A DNA stretch of 64,000 bases from Candidatus Omnitrophota bacterium (GTDB lineage Bacteria > Omnitrophota > Gorgyraeia > Gygaellales > Profunditerraquicolaceae). Both the position numbers and the translations under genes were made by a program. A model generated the notes under the pieces. The model was given only the letters and a program-made list of their open reading frames with translations, was not told the DNA's origin and made no database searches. Location: positions 16 through 64,015 of the forward strand of contig JAQUMI010000002.1 in assembly GCA_028718225.1 (NCBI GenBank), in the 5' to 3' direction. This document shows positions 10,214 to 20,407 of the stretch, in pieces. The stretch's first letter is position 1; each line of letters opens with the position of its first letter.

Positions 10214-11552
10214 CGCGCTGGTTAATTCGTTTAAGATACCGGATTTAAAGAGGCGCCTAATTATTACCGGGGCCTTAATCGCGGTATACCGGATAGGCTG
10301 TTACATACCTACTCCCGGAATAGACGGGGCAGCGCTAGCTGAGTTTTTTAACCGCCTGGCTAAGAGCCAAGGCGGCACGATCTTTGGCATAATCAATATG
10401 TTTTCCGGTGGAGCAATGGAAAAGCTGACTATATTTGCCCTGGGGATTATGCCTTACATATCCTCATCGATTATTATGCAGCTTTTAACTGCGGTTATCC
10501 CGGCTTTAGAAAAAATGGCCAAAGAGGGAAAAGCCGGTTATGAAAAAATAAATCAGCTTACGCGGTATGGCACGGTAGCCCTGGCTTTAATCCAGTCGTA
10601 TTTTATCGCTCTTTGGCTGGAGAATCCTGCGCGTTTTGAAGGCTTGCGGATAGTCATGCACCCGGGATGGAATTTTCGCATAATCACGGTCTTAACCCTG
10701 ACTACCGGAACAATTTTTATTATGTGGTTGGGCGAACAGATCCAGGAGAGGGGCATCGGTAACGGTATATCTTTAATAATTACCGCAGGCATTATTTCCA
10801 GGATTCCGGCAGCCATGCACCAATTGTTCGTCCTGGTTTCGCCTTTTGACGCAGCTCGGCGCCAGATCCAGCCGCTTACGCTGATAATTATGGCTGTTTT
10901 TTTAGTCGGTGTGGTTTTTGCGGTAATCATGATTACCCAGGGGCAGAGAAAAATCCCCGTGCAGTATGCTCGCAGGATTGTGGGAAGGAAGATCTACGGA
11001 GGACAGTCAACCTATATCCCTTTAAAAGTAGATACTTCCGGAGTCATCGCGATTATTTTTGCCCAGTCGATTATATTGTTTCCGGCGACCCTGGCTTCTT
11101 TTATTCCTAACCCGGGCTTTCAGAGGTTAGCCGAGAGCTTAATCCGCGGCCACCTGCTTTATACTTTTGTTTATGGGCTCTTAATTATGTTCTTTTGTTA
11201 TTTTTATACCGCTATCGTATTCAATCCCCAGGATCTCTCGGAAAATATGAAGAAATACGGAGGATTTATCCCGGGGATAAGGCCGGGAGCTCCCACGGCG
11301 GAGTTTTTAGATTACGTAATGACCAGGATTACTTTAGCCGGAGCGGTTTTTATCGTCTTTATTGCTATATTCCCGGACTTTATTATGGCCTGGCTTAAAG
11401 TGCCGTACCTGGTGGCTTCTTTTTTCGGAGGGACGGGTATATTGATTATCGTCGGAGTTATGCTGGATACATTGAAACAAATTGAGTCGCACCTGTTAAC
11501 GCACCATTACGAAGGCTTTATTAAAGGCAGTCATATCAAGGGAAGAAGATGA
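10206..11552 (+). CDS. secY: Preprotein translocase subunit SecY
   Basis: 448 aa, multi-TM, at the canonical position after rplO. Confidence 0.96.
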   Translation: MFSALVNSFKIPDLKRRLIITGALIAVYRIGCYIPTPGIDGAALAEFFNRLAKSQGGTIFGIINMFSGGAMEKLTIFALGIMPYISSSIIMQLLTAVIPALEKMAKEGKAGYEKINQLTRYGTVALALIQSYFIALWLENPARFEGLRIVMHPGWNFRIITVLTLTTGTIFIMWLGEQIQERGIGNGISLIITAGIISRIPAAMHQLFVLVSPFDAARRQIQPLTLIIMAVFLVGVVFAVIMITQGQRKIPVQYARRIVGRKIYGGQSTYIPLKVDTSGVIAIIFAQSIILFPATLASFIPNPGFQRLAESLIRGHLLYTFVYGLLIMFFCYFYTAIVFNPQDLSENMKKYGGFIPGIRPGAPTAEFLDYVMTRITLAGAVFIVFIAIFPDFIMAWLKVPYLVASFFGGTGILIIVGVMLDTLKQIESHLLTHHYEGFIKGSHIKGRR

Positions 11553-12217
11553 TGCGGATTGTTTTATTGGGGCCGCCGGGTGCGGGCAAGGGGACACAAG
11601 CCAAAAGATTAGCCGAACGTTTAAACCTGGCGCATATTTCTACCGGAGATATCTTAAGACAGAATGTTAAGGACGGTACGGCTTTGGGCAAAGAGGCTAA
11701 AGATTTTATGGAGCGCGGGCTTCTGGTCCCGGATGAGCTAATGAGCAAAATGCTCCTGGAAAGATTTTCTCAAAGCGATATAAGGGATGGTTTTATCCTG
11801 GATGGTTATCCGCGTAATTTGGCTCAAGCCGAAACCCTGGAGAATATCTTCAAGCAAAAAAATATCGAAATAGATATGGTCGTCTACCTTGATTCCAGCG
11901 ATAAGGTGATTATTCAAAGGCTCAGCGGCCGCCTGGTCTGCAATACCTGCGGGGCTAATTTTCATAGCACGAATATGCCCCCTAAAGAAAAAGGTATTTG
12001 CGATAAATGCGGCGGGACGCTCTTTCAGAGGACCGATGACAAGGAAGAGACAATCAGGAAACGCCTGGAAGTCTACAAAGGAGAGGTTTTGGGCCTGATA
12101 AAATATTACCAGGATAAAAAGAAATTATATCGCTTGGCGGCTGACGGCGAGGCAGATACGGTTCTTGATGAAATAATTGCTCTTACAAAGAAATTGCATG
12201 GTTCCTTTAAAGTCTGA
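11549..12217 (+). CDS. adk: Adenylate kinase (zinc-lid type)
   Basis: 222 aa with the GPPGAGKGTQA P-loop and a CNTCG...CDKCGG lid. Confidence 0.96.
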   Translation: MMRIVLLGPPGAGKGTQAKRLAERLNLAHISTGDILRQNVKDGTALGKEAKDFMERGLLVPDELMSKMLLERFSQSDIRDGFILDGYPRNLAQAETLENIFKQKNIEIDMVVYLDSSDKVIIQRLSGRLVCNTCGANFHSTNMPPKEKGICDKCGGTLFQRTDDKEETIRKRLEVYKGEVLGLIKYYQDKKKLYRLAADGEADTVLDEIIALTKKLHGSFKV

Positions 12218-12941
12218 GCAAGACCTTCAGATAATTAGGCAGTCCGCGCAGATTTTAACTAAGGTTATGCGTAGGCTCAGCAAGGTTATCCGGGAGGGCG
12301 TCTTGACCCGCGAGATTGATGCTCTGGCTGAAGAATTAATCCTCAAGGAGAATGCCCTGCCGGCTTTTAAAGGGTACAAAGGTTTTCCGGCAACGGTCTG
12401 CACTTCCGTGAATGAAGAGATCGTGCACGGTATCCCCTCAGAGAGAAGATTAAAAAGCGGGGATATCATAGGTTTAGATTTAGGAGTAAAATATAACGGT
12501 TATTTCTCAGATGCGGCAGTTACCCTGCCAATAGGTATAATTCCGGCAAAGGTAAAAAAGCTTATTCAGGTTACGCGCCAGGCTTTAGCCGAAGGCATAA
12601 AAGAAGCAAAACCGGGGAATCATCTTTTAGATATTTCGGCAGCCATCCAGCGTTATGTTGAAAAAAATGGTTTTTCCGTCGTACGGCAATTTGTCGGGCA
12701 TGGCATAGGAACCAGCCTGCACGAGGAACCGGAGATACCTAATTTCGGCCAGCCCCATCAAGGACTGCTCTTAGAGAAAGGGATGGTCCTGGCTATTGAA
12801 CCGATGGTCAACCTGGGAGGCTGGGAAGCTGAAATTTTAGATAACGGCTGGACCGCGGTAACCAGGGACGGGCTGCCTTCGGCGCATTTTGAACATACGG
12901 TAGCCGTAACCGAAAAAGGGCCGGAGATTTTAACCGAATAG
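12198..12941 (+). CDS. map: Methionine aminopeptidase type I
   Basis: The track ORF starts at TTG 12177. I prefer ATG 12198 (MVPLKSEQDLQIIR...), which matches usual MAP N-termini. HGIGTSLHEEP and EHT metal ligands are present. Confidence 0.9.
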   Translation: MVPLKSEQDLQIIRQSAQILTKVMRRLSKVIREGVLTREIDALAEELILKENALPAFKGYKGFPATVCTSVNEEIVHGIPSERRLKSGDIIGLDLGVKYNGYFSDAAVTLPIGIIPAKVKKLIQVTRQALAEGIKEAKPGNHLLDISAAIQRYVEKNGFSVVRQFVGHGIGTSLHEEPEIPNFGQPHQGLLLEKGMVLAIEPMVNLGGWEAEILDNGWTAVTRDGLPSAHFEHTVAVTEKGPEILTE

Positions 12942-12944
12942 ATT

Positions 12945-13163
12945 ATGCCTAAAGAAGAACTGATTGAAACCGAAGGAAAAATAATCGAAGCGCTGCCTAA
13001 CGCCATGTTTAAGGTAGAACTGGCAAACGGCCATGTCGTGCTGGCGCATGTGTCAGGGAAGATGCGCATGAATTTTATAAGGATTTTACCGGGAGATAAA
13101 GTGAAATTAGAGCTTTCTCCTTATGACTTAAACAGAGGAAGGATAACATTCAGGGTTAAATAA
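12945..13163 (+). CDS. infA: Translation initiation factor IF-1
   Basis: 72 aa with [25 protein letters not shown]. Confidence 0.96.
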   Translation: MPKEELIETEGKIIEALPNAMFKVELANGHVVLAHVSGKMRMNFIRILPGDKVKLELSPYDLNRGRITFRVK

Positions 13164-13164
13164 A

Positions 13165-13278
13165 ATGAAAGTAAAAGCTTCGGTGAGAAGGATTTGCGAT
13201 AAATGCAAAATTGTAAGAAGGGCCAGGGTAGTAAGGGTAATTTGTTCTAACCCCAAACATAAGCAGAGACAGGGCTAA
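13165..13278 (+). CDS. rpmJ: 50S ribosomal protein L36 (zinc form)
   Basis: Not in the ORF track because it is shorter than 60 aa. ATG 13165 to TAA 13276-13278 encodes [37 protein letters not shown], at the canonical infA-rpmJ-rpsM position. Confidence 0.93.
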   Translation: MKVKASVRRICDKCKIVRRARVVRVICSNPKHKQRQG

Positions 13279-13292
13279 AAAGGAGAAGTATA

Positions 13293-13700
13293 ATGCCAAG
13301 GGTGCTGGGTGTAGATATACCTAAAGAAAAAAGAATCGAAATATCTTTAACTTACCTCTACGGTATGGGCAGGGCGTTATCCAATAAAATCCTTAAAGAT
13401 ATAAATATAGACCCCGCTAAGCGCGCTAAAGATTTAAGCGAAGAAGAAGTCGCGCGGATTACCAATACTTTGCAAAAAGGCGGGCTTAAGCTGGAAGGGG
13501 ATTTGCGCCGCGATATATCCCAGAATATTAAAAGATTAATGGATATCGGTTCATGGCGGGGCTCAAGGCATAAGAAGGGTCTTCCGGCCAGGGGCCAGCG
13601 TACGCGGACCAATGCCCGGACCAGGAAGGGCCCGCGCAGAGGTAATATGGCTATCGTCAAGAAAGCAGAACCGGCGAAAGCATCAAAACCTGCTAAATAA
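13293..13700 (+). CDS. rpsM: 30S ribosomal protein S13
   Basis: 135 aa with the [10 protein letters not shown] start. Confidence 0.95.
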   Translation: MPRVLGVDIPKEKRIEISLTYLYGMGRALSNKILKDINIDPAKRAKDLSEEEVARITNTLQKGGLKLEGDLRRDISQNIKRLMDIGSWRGSRHKKGLPARGQRTRTNARTRKGPRRGNMAIVKKAEPAKASKPAK

Positions 13701-13722
13701 AAATACAGAAAGAGGGAATTAA

Positions 13723-14112
13723 ATGGCGACCAAGGAAAGAGCAAAGAAAAAAAAGATAGCCAGGGGCATAAGTTCGGGCATTGCCCATATTCAGGCCAGT
13801 TTTAATAATACTATAATTACCATTACCGATAAGCAGGGTAATGTTCTGGTTTGGTCAGCTCCGGGAATCGTAGGCTATAGCGGGTCTAAAAAATCTACGC
13901 CTTTTGCCGCCCAGATAGCTGCCTCGGATGCGGCGCGGAAAGCTAAAGAGGTCGGCATTAAAGACGTAGAAGTGCGTGTAAAGGGACCGGGTTTTGGCCG
14001 GGAGAGCGCCATCAGGGCGCTACAGGCTTCAGGCCTGATTATCACTTTGATTAAAGATGTGACTCCTATCCCGCATAACGGTTGTCGTCCGAAGAAGAAA
14101 AGGAGAGTGTAA
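13723..14112 (+). CDS. rpsK: 30S ribosomal protein S11
   Basis: 129 aa with [18 protein letters not shown] and a C-terminal [13 protein letters not shown]. Confidence 0.96.
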   Translation: MATKERAKKKKIARGISSGIAHIQASFNNTIITITDKQGNVLVWSAPGIVGYSGSKKSTPFAAQIAASDAARKAKEVGIKDVEVRVKGPGFGRESAIRALQASGLIITLIKDVTPIPHNGCRPKKKRRV

Positions 14113-14115
14113 TTT

Positions 14116-14751
14116 ATGGCACGGTATATTGATGCAGTTTGCAGGTTGTGCCGCAGGCAGGGAGAGAAGCTTTTCCTGAAAGGCACAAAGTGCACGACAG
14201 AAAAATGCCCGGCTTCCAGAAGAGCCTATCCGCCTGGGCAGCACGGCCAGGGAGGCAAAAGACGAAGCAAGCTTTCTAATTACGGGTTGCAGTTAAAGGA
14301 AAAACAAAAAGTAAAAAGAATCTACGGGGTCCTGGAGAAACAATTCCGGCGCTATTTTAAGATTGCTTCGAAAAGCAAGGGTGTCACCGGAAAGGTCCTC
14401 CTGCAATTATTGGAGCGCCGGCTGGATAACGTAATTTTTCGTTTAGGTTTAGGCCTTTCCAGGGCGCAGGCCAGGCAGTTAGTGCGCCATAATTTAATCA
14501 CGGTCAATGCGCGCCGGGTAAATATACCTTCCTATCTGGTAACCGGAGGAGATCTTATTCAGGTCAAAGCTAAAGAAAAGGCGTTGAATAAGATAAAAGA
14601 TATTCTGGAGCAATCCAAGGAGAGGAGCGTTCCCAGCTGGCTGGAATTTAACACCACTGGTTTAAGCGGTAAGGTTTTAAGGTTACCGGAAAAAGACGAC
14701 ATTCAACAGCCTATACAAGAGCAGTTGATTGTAGAATTATATTCTAAATAA
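14116..14751 (+). CDS. rpsD: 30S ribosomal protein S4
   Basis: 211 aa with the MARY...CRLCRR start and an S4 RNA-binding domain. Confidence 0.95.
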   Translation: MARYIDAVCRLCRRQGEKLFLKGTKCTTEKCPASRRAYPPGQHGQGGKRRSKLSNYGLQLKEKQKVKRIYGVLEKQFRRYFKIASKSKGVTGKVLLQLLERRLDNVIFRLGLGLSRAQARQLVRHNLITVNARRVNIPSYLVTGGDLIQVKAKEKALNKIKDILEQSKERSVPSWLEFNTTGLSGKVLRLPEKDDIQQPIQEQLIVELYSK

Positions 14752-14786
14752 TAGAGAGTTTGCACTCATTCAAGGAGGAATAATAG

Positions 14787-15779
14787 ATGGGTATAAAATG
14801 GAGAGATTTTCAGTTACCAAAAAGATTAGAGTGTGAGGAGGCTACTTACACTAGTACCTACGGTAAGTTTTCCGCGGCACCCTTTGAGAGGGGTTACGGG
14901 GTTACGCTGGGTAACTCCTTAAGAAGAGTTTTGTTTTCCTCGATAGAGGGAAGTGCGGTAACCAGCGTTAAAATTTCAGGGGTACAGCACGAATTTTCTG
15001 CTATACCGGGAGTCTTGGAGGATATTCCCGAGATCATCCTGAACATTAAGAGCCTGGTTTTGAATTCACATTCAAAAATTCCTAAGACCATCTACATTAA
15101 AGCTAATTCCAAGGGAGAGGTAAAGGCTAAGGATATTGAAGGCGATGAAACTATTGAGATCATCAATCCGGAATTGCATATCGCTACCTTGACCAAAGAT
15201 ACCAAATTGAATATTGAAATGGGTGTTTCCCGCGGCCAGGGTTATGTTCCCGCAGAGTTAAGCAAGAAAGAAGATAAGGCAATAGGCGTTATTCCGATTG
15301 ATGCCATATTTACTCCTATAAAAAAAGTTAATTTCTTTGTGGAGAATACCCGCGTCGGACAGCGTACGGATTACGATAAATTAATCCTGGAAATATTCAC
15401 TAACGGCGCGATCAGCCCTAAAGACGCGTTGTTATACGCCTCCAATATACTCCAGAGGCACCTGGATATATTTGTTAATTTCGGTCAGCTTCCCGAGGAT
15501 ATAGTGGAAGAAGAGTTAGAAATGACCAAGGAAGAAGTATCGCTGTATGAAAAACTAAGGCTCCCTATATCGGAGCTGGAGTTGTCCGTGCGCAGTTCTA
15601 ATTGCTTAAGAGAAGCGGGAATCAAGATAATCGCGGATTTAGTTAAGAAGACCGAAGAGGATATGCTGGATTTCAAAAACTTCGGTAAAAAGTCATTAAC
15701 CGAGATAAAGGAGTTAATGATGGGCATGGGATTAACCTTAGGCATGCAGATTGACTCCAAAAAAATAAAAAAGGCTTAA
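14787..15779 (+). CDS. rpoA: DNA-directed RNA polymerase subunit alpha
   Basis: 330 aa with GVTLGNSLRRVLFSSIEG and a C-terminal domain (ELSVRSSNCLREAGI). Confidence 0.96.
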   Translation: MGIKWRDFQLPKRLECEEATYTSTYGKFSAAPFERGYGVTLGNSLRRVLFSSIEGSAVTSVKISGVQHEFSAIPGVLEDIPEIILNIKSLVLNSHSKIPKTIYIKANSKGEVKAKDIEGDETIEIINPELHIATLTKDTKLNIEMGVSRGQGYVPAELSKKEDKAIGVIPIDAIFTPIKKVNFFVENTRVGQRTDYDKLILEIFTNGAISPKDALLYASNILQRHLDIFVNFGQLPEDIVEEELEMTKEEVSLYEKLRLPISELELSVRSSNCLREAGIKIIADLVKKTEEDMLDFKNFGKKSLTEIKELMMGMGLTLGMQIDSKKIKKA

Positions 15780-15782
15780 AAT

Positions 15783-16358
15783 ATGCGACATAAAAAGAAA
15801 AGGCTGCAACTAAACCGTTTTACCAGTTGGCAGGATGCCACAATTAAGAGCTTAGCCAGGAGTTTACTGATCTATGAGACTATGCGGACTACGCTGCACC
15901 GGGCCAAGGCAGTCAGGCCCTTGGCTGAAAAACTCATTTCCCTGGCAAAGGCGAATACCTTAAGCGCAAAAAGAGAGGCTTTCGGAATTTTAGGCGACCA
16001 TAAATTGGTGGCTTTGCTTTTTAACGAAATCGGCCCGCGTTTCGCTAAAAGAGCCAGCGGCTACACCCGAGTTATCAATTTAGCCAGGCGCAGGGGTGAT
16101 GATGCTCAGGTAGTGATTTTTGAGCTTACTGAGCAAAAGCCCAAGGTAAAAAAAGCCAAAAAAGCAAAAGGGGCAAAAGGCGAGAAAATAGAAAAGGCCG
16201 CCGGAGAGCTCCCTGAGCCGGAGACTCAAGAGAAGCAGGCCGAAAAGCCGCGCGAGGCAGCAGCGGTTAAAGAAAGGGCTCCGCAAAGCAAAAAACCTTC
16301 CAAGAAGTTCCTCGGCGGGATAAGGGGTATTTTTAAGAAAGAAAGGGACTCGCTATAA
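15783..16358 (+). CDS. rplQ: 50S ribosomal protein L17 with a Lys/Glu-rich C-terminal tail
   Basis: 191 aa. The L17 core MRHKKKRLQLNR... spans about the first 120 aa, followed by roughly 70 aa of low-complexity tail. Confidence 0.92.
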   Translation: MRHKKKRLQLNRFTSWQDATIKSLARSLLIYETMRTTLHRAKAVRPLAEKLISLAKANTLSAKREAFGILGDHKLVALLFNEIGPRFAKRASGYTRVINLARRRGDDAQVVIFELTEQKPKVKKAKKAKGAKGEKIEKAAGELPEPETQEKQAEKPREAAAVKERAPQSKKPSKKFLGGIRGIFKKERDSL

Positions 16359-16373
16359 AGCTATTTTTTTCCT

Positions 16374-17549
16374 ATGCACATAGATACGGGGTTAGCCAGG
16401 CGCTTAAAAAATGTAAAACCTTCATCAACCCTCGCAATCACCTCTAAGGCTAAAAAATTAAAATCCGAAGGGTTTGATATAATAACCCTGGCCGCAGGCG
16501 AACCGGATTTTGACACCCCAGATTTCGTAAAGAGCGCCGCGATTGAAGCGATAAATTCCGGCTTTACCAAGTATACCCCTACCACAGGCATCCCGGATTT
16601 AAAGAAACTAATCTGCGAAAAATTCAAAAAAGACAATTCCCTGGAATATGCGCCTTCACAGATTGTTGTTTCCTGCGGGGCCAAGCACAGTATATTCAAC
16701 GCGCTTTTTGTCTTAATCAACCCCAAAGACGAGGTACTTATTCCTTCCCCTTACTGGGTAAGTTATCCTGAGATGGTTAATCTCTGCGAGGGTATTCCCC
16801 GGTTTATCCAAACTTCGCCCGGGAATAATTTTAAAATAACTCCCCGGGAACTATCCAGGAATATCAGCGCAAAGTCAAAAGTCCTTATTTTAAACACTCC
16901 GGCGAATCCGACGGGCTGCGTATATACGCAAGAGGAATTGAATCAGATTTCGGAAATCTGTGTAAAAAATAAGCTTCTCGTTATCAGCGATGAGATCTAT
17001 GAAAAACTTATTTATGACGGATTAAAGCATCTCTCCCTAGGGAGCTTAAATAAAGAAATCTCTGATTTGACGATTACCGTGAACGGTTTCTCCAAAAGTT
17101 TTTCCATGACCGGCTGGCGTTTAGGTTATTTAGGCGCTCCTGGCGCTATAGCGGAAGCGATTTCGCGCCTGCAGGACCACTCAACCTCTAACCCTAATTC
17201 TATCTCCCAGAAGGCTGGAATAGCCGCGCTCGGCGCTCCGGAGAGCTTCTACCAAAAAATCCGCCAGCAGTTTCAGGAAAGAAGGGATTATTGTATTGCC
17301 AGGCTTAAGGCCATGCCTAAAATAACGCCGGTAGTTCCCCAAGGGGCTTTCTATATTTTTTGTGATATATCCAAAACAAAGCTGGGCGCCATGGAATTCG
17401 CCAGGCAGTTGTTAGAAAAGAAATACTTGAGTGTTATTCCTGGAGACGGTTTTGGGGCGGACCATTATATCCGTATAAGCTTTGCTGCCAGCCAGGATAG
17501 CCTTAAAAAGGGGATGGATAGGCTGGAGGAGTGGTTAAAAGATGGGTAA
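16374..17549 (+). CDS. Class I PLP-dependent aminotransferase (aspartate aminotransferase-like)
   Basis: 391 aa with GEPDFDTP, NPTG and the PLP-lysine context FSKSFSMTGWRLGY. Confidence 0.85.
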   Translation: MHIDTGLARRLKNVKPSSTLAITSKAKKLKSEGFDIITLAAGEPDFDTPDFVKSAAIEAINSGFTKYTPTTGIPDLKKLICEKFKKDNSLEYAPSQIVVSCGAKHSIFNALFVLINPKDEVLIPSPYWVSYPEMVNLCEGIPRFIQTSPGNNFKITPRELSRNISAKSKVLILNTPANPTGCVYTQEELNQISEICVKNKLLVISDEIYEKLIYDGLKHLSLGSLNKEISDLTITVNGFSKSFSMTGWRLGYLGAPGAIAEAISRLQDHSTSNPNSISQKAGIAALGAPESFYQKIRQQFQERRDYCIARLKAMPKITPVVPQGAFYIFCDISKTKLGAMEFARQLLEKKYLSVIPGDGFGADHYIRISFAASQDSLKKGMDRLEEWLKDG

Positions 17550-18795
17550 AACGATAGCTGAAAAGATACTGAGTGCGCATGCCGGAAAAGAATTGAAGGC
17601 CGGCGATTTTGCCGTATGCAAAGTCGATTTTACCTTTGGCCAGGACGGAACAAGCGCGATTATCATTGACCGGATCAAAGAATTGGGAGTAAAACAGTTA
17701 AAAACTGATTTTTGCATGGTGATTGACCATAGCGCGCCTTCTCCAAGCGAAGGGGTCTCGCGAGTGCATAAAAAAATGCATAATTTTGCCAAGGAATTTA
17801 GGCAGCGGATTTTTGATATAGGCTGCGGCGTATGCCACCAGGTAATCCCGGAGTCGGGGAAGGCTTTAGCCGGCAATTTAATCCTGGGAGCAGATTCACA
17901 TACCTGCACCTATGGTGCTTTAGGTGTTTTTTCCACAGGCGTGGGCTCGACAGACCTGGCCATTGCCCTGGCCACAGGCAAAAATTGGTTCAAGGTGCCG
18001 GAAACTTTTAAGATTGTCGTAAAAGGAAAAGTTCCTAAAGGCATATTTGCTAAAGATATCATCCTGGATATTATCGGAAAAGTGGGCGCTGACGGAGCGA
18101 CTTACAAGGCAATTGAATTTTGCGGCCCGGTAATCGAGAAGATGGATATGGACGGCCGTTTGACCATGTGTAATATGGTAGTAGAGATGGGCGCCAAATG
18201 CGGATTTATGCCGCAGGATAAAACTACTTTTGCCTGGCTAAAATCCCGGAGTGTAAGGCGCAGTGTAATTAAGCCCGTAAGCGCAGATAAAGATGCCGAG
18301 TATGAAAAAATCCTGGAAATCGATATATCCAAGCTTAAAAGCCAGGTCTCTCTGCCGCATAGCGTAGACAAGGTAAGGCCGGCGGTAGAATTAAGTACGC
18401 TAAAGATTAATGAAGCATTTTTAGGTACCTGCACAAACGGAAGGTTGCAAGATTTAAAAATAGCTGCTAAAATACTTAAAGGCAGAAGAGTGGCTCCGGG
18501 CGTAAAACTTATTATCGCCCCCAGTTCGCGTTTGATTTTACTGGAAGCCATAAAGTTAAAATTGATCAATATTTTTGTCGAGGCGGGCGGGATAATCCTG
18601 GCTCCGGGATGCGGGCCTTGCGTGGGCACGCACAACGGTATACCCGCGGATGGAGAAGTAGTTATCTCTACCGCCAACAGGAATTTTAAAGGCAGGATGG
18701 GCAATCCCAGCGCCTTTATATACCTGGCTTCTCCGGCAACTGTGGCCGCCTCAGCAGTTAAGGGGTATATTACAGATCCGAAGAGCTTTATTTAA
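17542..18795 (+). CDS. Aconitase-family dehydratase large subunit (archaeal-type LeuC/HacA; substrate unassigned)
   Basis: 417 aa with GADSHTCTYGALG and the Fe-S cysteines in LGTCTNGR and PGCGPCVG. Confidence 0.85.
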   Translation: MGKTIAEKILSAHAGKELKAGDFAVCKVDFTFGQDGTSAIIIDRIKELGVKQLKTDFCMVIDHSAPSPSEGVSRVHKKMHNFAKEFRQRIFDIGCGVCHQVIPESGKALAGNLILGADSHTCTYGALGVFSTGVGSTDLAIALATGKNWFKVPETFKIVVKGKVPKGIFAKDIILDIIGKVGADGATYKAIEFCGPVIEKMDMDGRLTMCNMVVEMGAKCGFMPQDKTTFAWLKSRSVRRSVIKPVSADKDAEYEKILEIDISKLKSQVSLPHSVDKVRPAVELSTLKINEAFLGTCTNGRLQDLKIAAKILKGRRVAPGVKLIIAPSSRLILLEAIKLKLINIFVEAGGIILAPGCGPCVGTHNGIPADGEVVISTANRNFKGRMGNPSAFIYLASPATVAASAVKGYITDPKSFI

Positions 18796-18862
18796 TAATT
18801 ATGAGTTGCGCCCGACCTGATCAAAATTGCGTCGGTGTGCCCTTGTGGGCTAGGAGGTAATA

Positions 18863-19909
18863 ATGGAGATAAGGGAATTGCTTCTGATGTGTATTGAGAA
18901 GAACGCCTCGGATTTACATATAACCGAAAGTGAGCCTCCTATTTTACGTATTGACGGTTCGCTTAAGCGCACGAACCTTCCCGCGCTGGATAAGCATGAG
19001 CTGAAGAAGATGATTTATGGCATACTGAACAATTCTCAAAAAGAGGTTTTTGAAAGAGAGCTGGAGCTGGACTTTTCTCTCGCCCTTCCGGATTTAGACA
19101 GGTTCCGGACAAATATCCATATGCAAAAGGGTGCACCGGAAGGGGCATTCCGGCGTGTGCCGTTGGAAATACCTACGGTTGAAAAATTGGGACTTCCGCA
19201 GATTATCAGCGACCTGGCGCGTAAGCCTAACGGCTTAGTTTTGGTCACCGGGCCTACCGGTATGGGTAAGACTACGACCCTGGCTACAATGATTGACTTG
19301 ATTAATAAAGAGAGAGAATGTTTGATTATGTGCATAGAAGACCCGATCGAATTTGTCTTTAAGAATAATAAGAGTATTATCAAGCAAAGAGAGGTTTATT
19401 CTGATACGCGTTCTTTTGCCGCGGCCCTGATGCACACGTTGCGCCAGGACCCCAACGTCATTGTAGTCGGTGAAATGCGTGATCTGGAAACTATTTCTAC
19501 AGCCCTTACTGCTGCAGAAACCGGGCACTTGGTTTTAGCTACTTTGCATACTCCGGATGCGCCCCAGACTATTGAAAGAATTATCGATGTCTTTCCTCCG
19601 CATCAACAACAACAGGTAAAATTGCAGCTGGCTGATTGCCTGCAGGGGGTAGTTTCGCAACTATTACTCCCGCATGCTTCAGGCAAAGGCAGGGTCCTGG
19701 CTACAGAAATAATGATCGGTACTTCGGGGATAAGAAACCTTATCCGCGAACAGGAGATTGAACAGATCCCCACGCTCATGCAAACAGGCTCGCAATACGG
19801 AATGAAGACTATGGATAAATGCTTAAAAGAGCTGACCCAAAGGGGCGATATTACCCTGGATGTTGCGCTCTCTAAAGCTAAAAACGCGGATGAATTCAGG
19901 CAACTATGA
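18863..19909 (+). CDS. pilT: Type IV pilus retraction ATPase PilT
   Basis: 348 aa with Walker A GPTGMGKTT, IEDPIEF, GEMRD, ATLHT and the GIRNLIRE motif. AGGAGG SD upstream. Confidence 0.9.
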   Translation: MEIRELLLMCIEKNASDLHITESEPPILRIDGSLKRTNLPALDKHELKKMIYGILNNSQKEVFERELELDFSLALPDLDRFRTNIHMQKGAPEGAFRRVPLEIPTVEKLGLPQIISDLARKPNGLVLVTGPTGMGKTTTLATMIDLINKERECLIMCIEDPIEFVFKNNKSIIKQREVYSDTRSFAAALMHTLRQDPNVIVVGEMRDLETISTALTAAETGHLVLATLHTPDAPQTIERIIDVFPPHQQQQVKLQLADCLQGVVSQLLLPHASGKGRVLATEIMIGTSGIRNLIREQEIEQIPTLMQTGSQYGMKTMDKCLKELTQRGDITLDVALSKAKNADEFRQL

Positions 19910-20406
19910 AATTAATCGGCCAGGCTTTAAAATTAGGCGATAATATCAATACGGATTTTATTATTTCGGGAAGGTATAAGTTCGCCATTACCGATATGAA
20001 AGAACTGGCCAAGCATATTATGGAGGATATTGATCCCGGATTTGCGGCAAAGATAAAGCCGGGTAAATCTATGATTGTTGCCGGTAATAATTTCGGTATG
20101 GGGTCCTCGCGCGAACAGGCGCCCCTGGTCATAAAGGAAGCCGGGATTGTGGCGGTATTGGCTAAGAGCTTCGCGCGTATTTTCTACCGGAATGCGTTTA
20201 ATATCGGGCTAGCCTTGATCGAGACAGATACGGATAAAATCGGCGAGAACGATCTGCTCGAGATAGACCTGGATAAAGGGATTGTCAGAAATACGTCAAA
20301 AAATATTGACCTTATCTTAAAGCCATTCCCCAAATTTATGCAGGAGCTGCTTAAGGAAGGCGGTATAATAAACTATTACCGTAAACACGGAGAGTTGAAA
20401 GTTTAA
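19906..20406 (+). CDS. Aconitase-family dehydratase small subunit (LeuD/HacB type)
   Basis: 166 aa with [14 protein letters not shown] and the swivel-domain motif [14 protein letters not shown]. The start overlaps the pilT stop. Confidence 0.85.
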   Translation: MKLIGQALKLGDNINTDFIISGRYKFAITDMKELAKHIMEDIDPGFAAKIKPGKSMIVAGNNFGMGSSREQAPLVIKEAGIVAVLAKSFARIFYRNAFNIGLALIETDTDKIGENDLLEIDLDKGIVRNTSKNIDLILKPFPKFMQELLKEGGIINYYRKHGELKV

Positions 20407-20407
20407 A

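Noticed and set aside
18796-18862. The 67-nt gap upstream of pilT, considered as a possible promoter or terminator marking an insertion boundary.
   Set aside because: It contains only a weak 5-bp stem (CCGAC/GTCGG) and no convincing -35/-10 pair or U-tract. I could not support any regulatory call beyond the AGGAGG SD.
19597-19615. A CAACAACAACAG run in pilT.
   Set aside because: It encodes the Gln run of FPPHQQQQVKLQLA, which corresponds to the conserved PilT/PilU region (FP...Q.Q.R.QLA). It is too short to count as a microsatellite.
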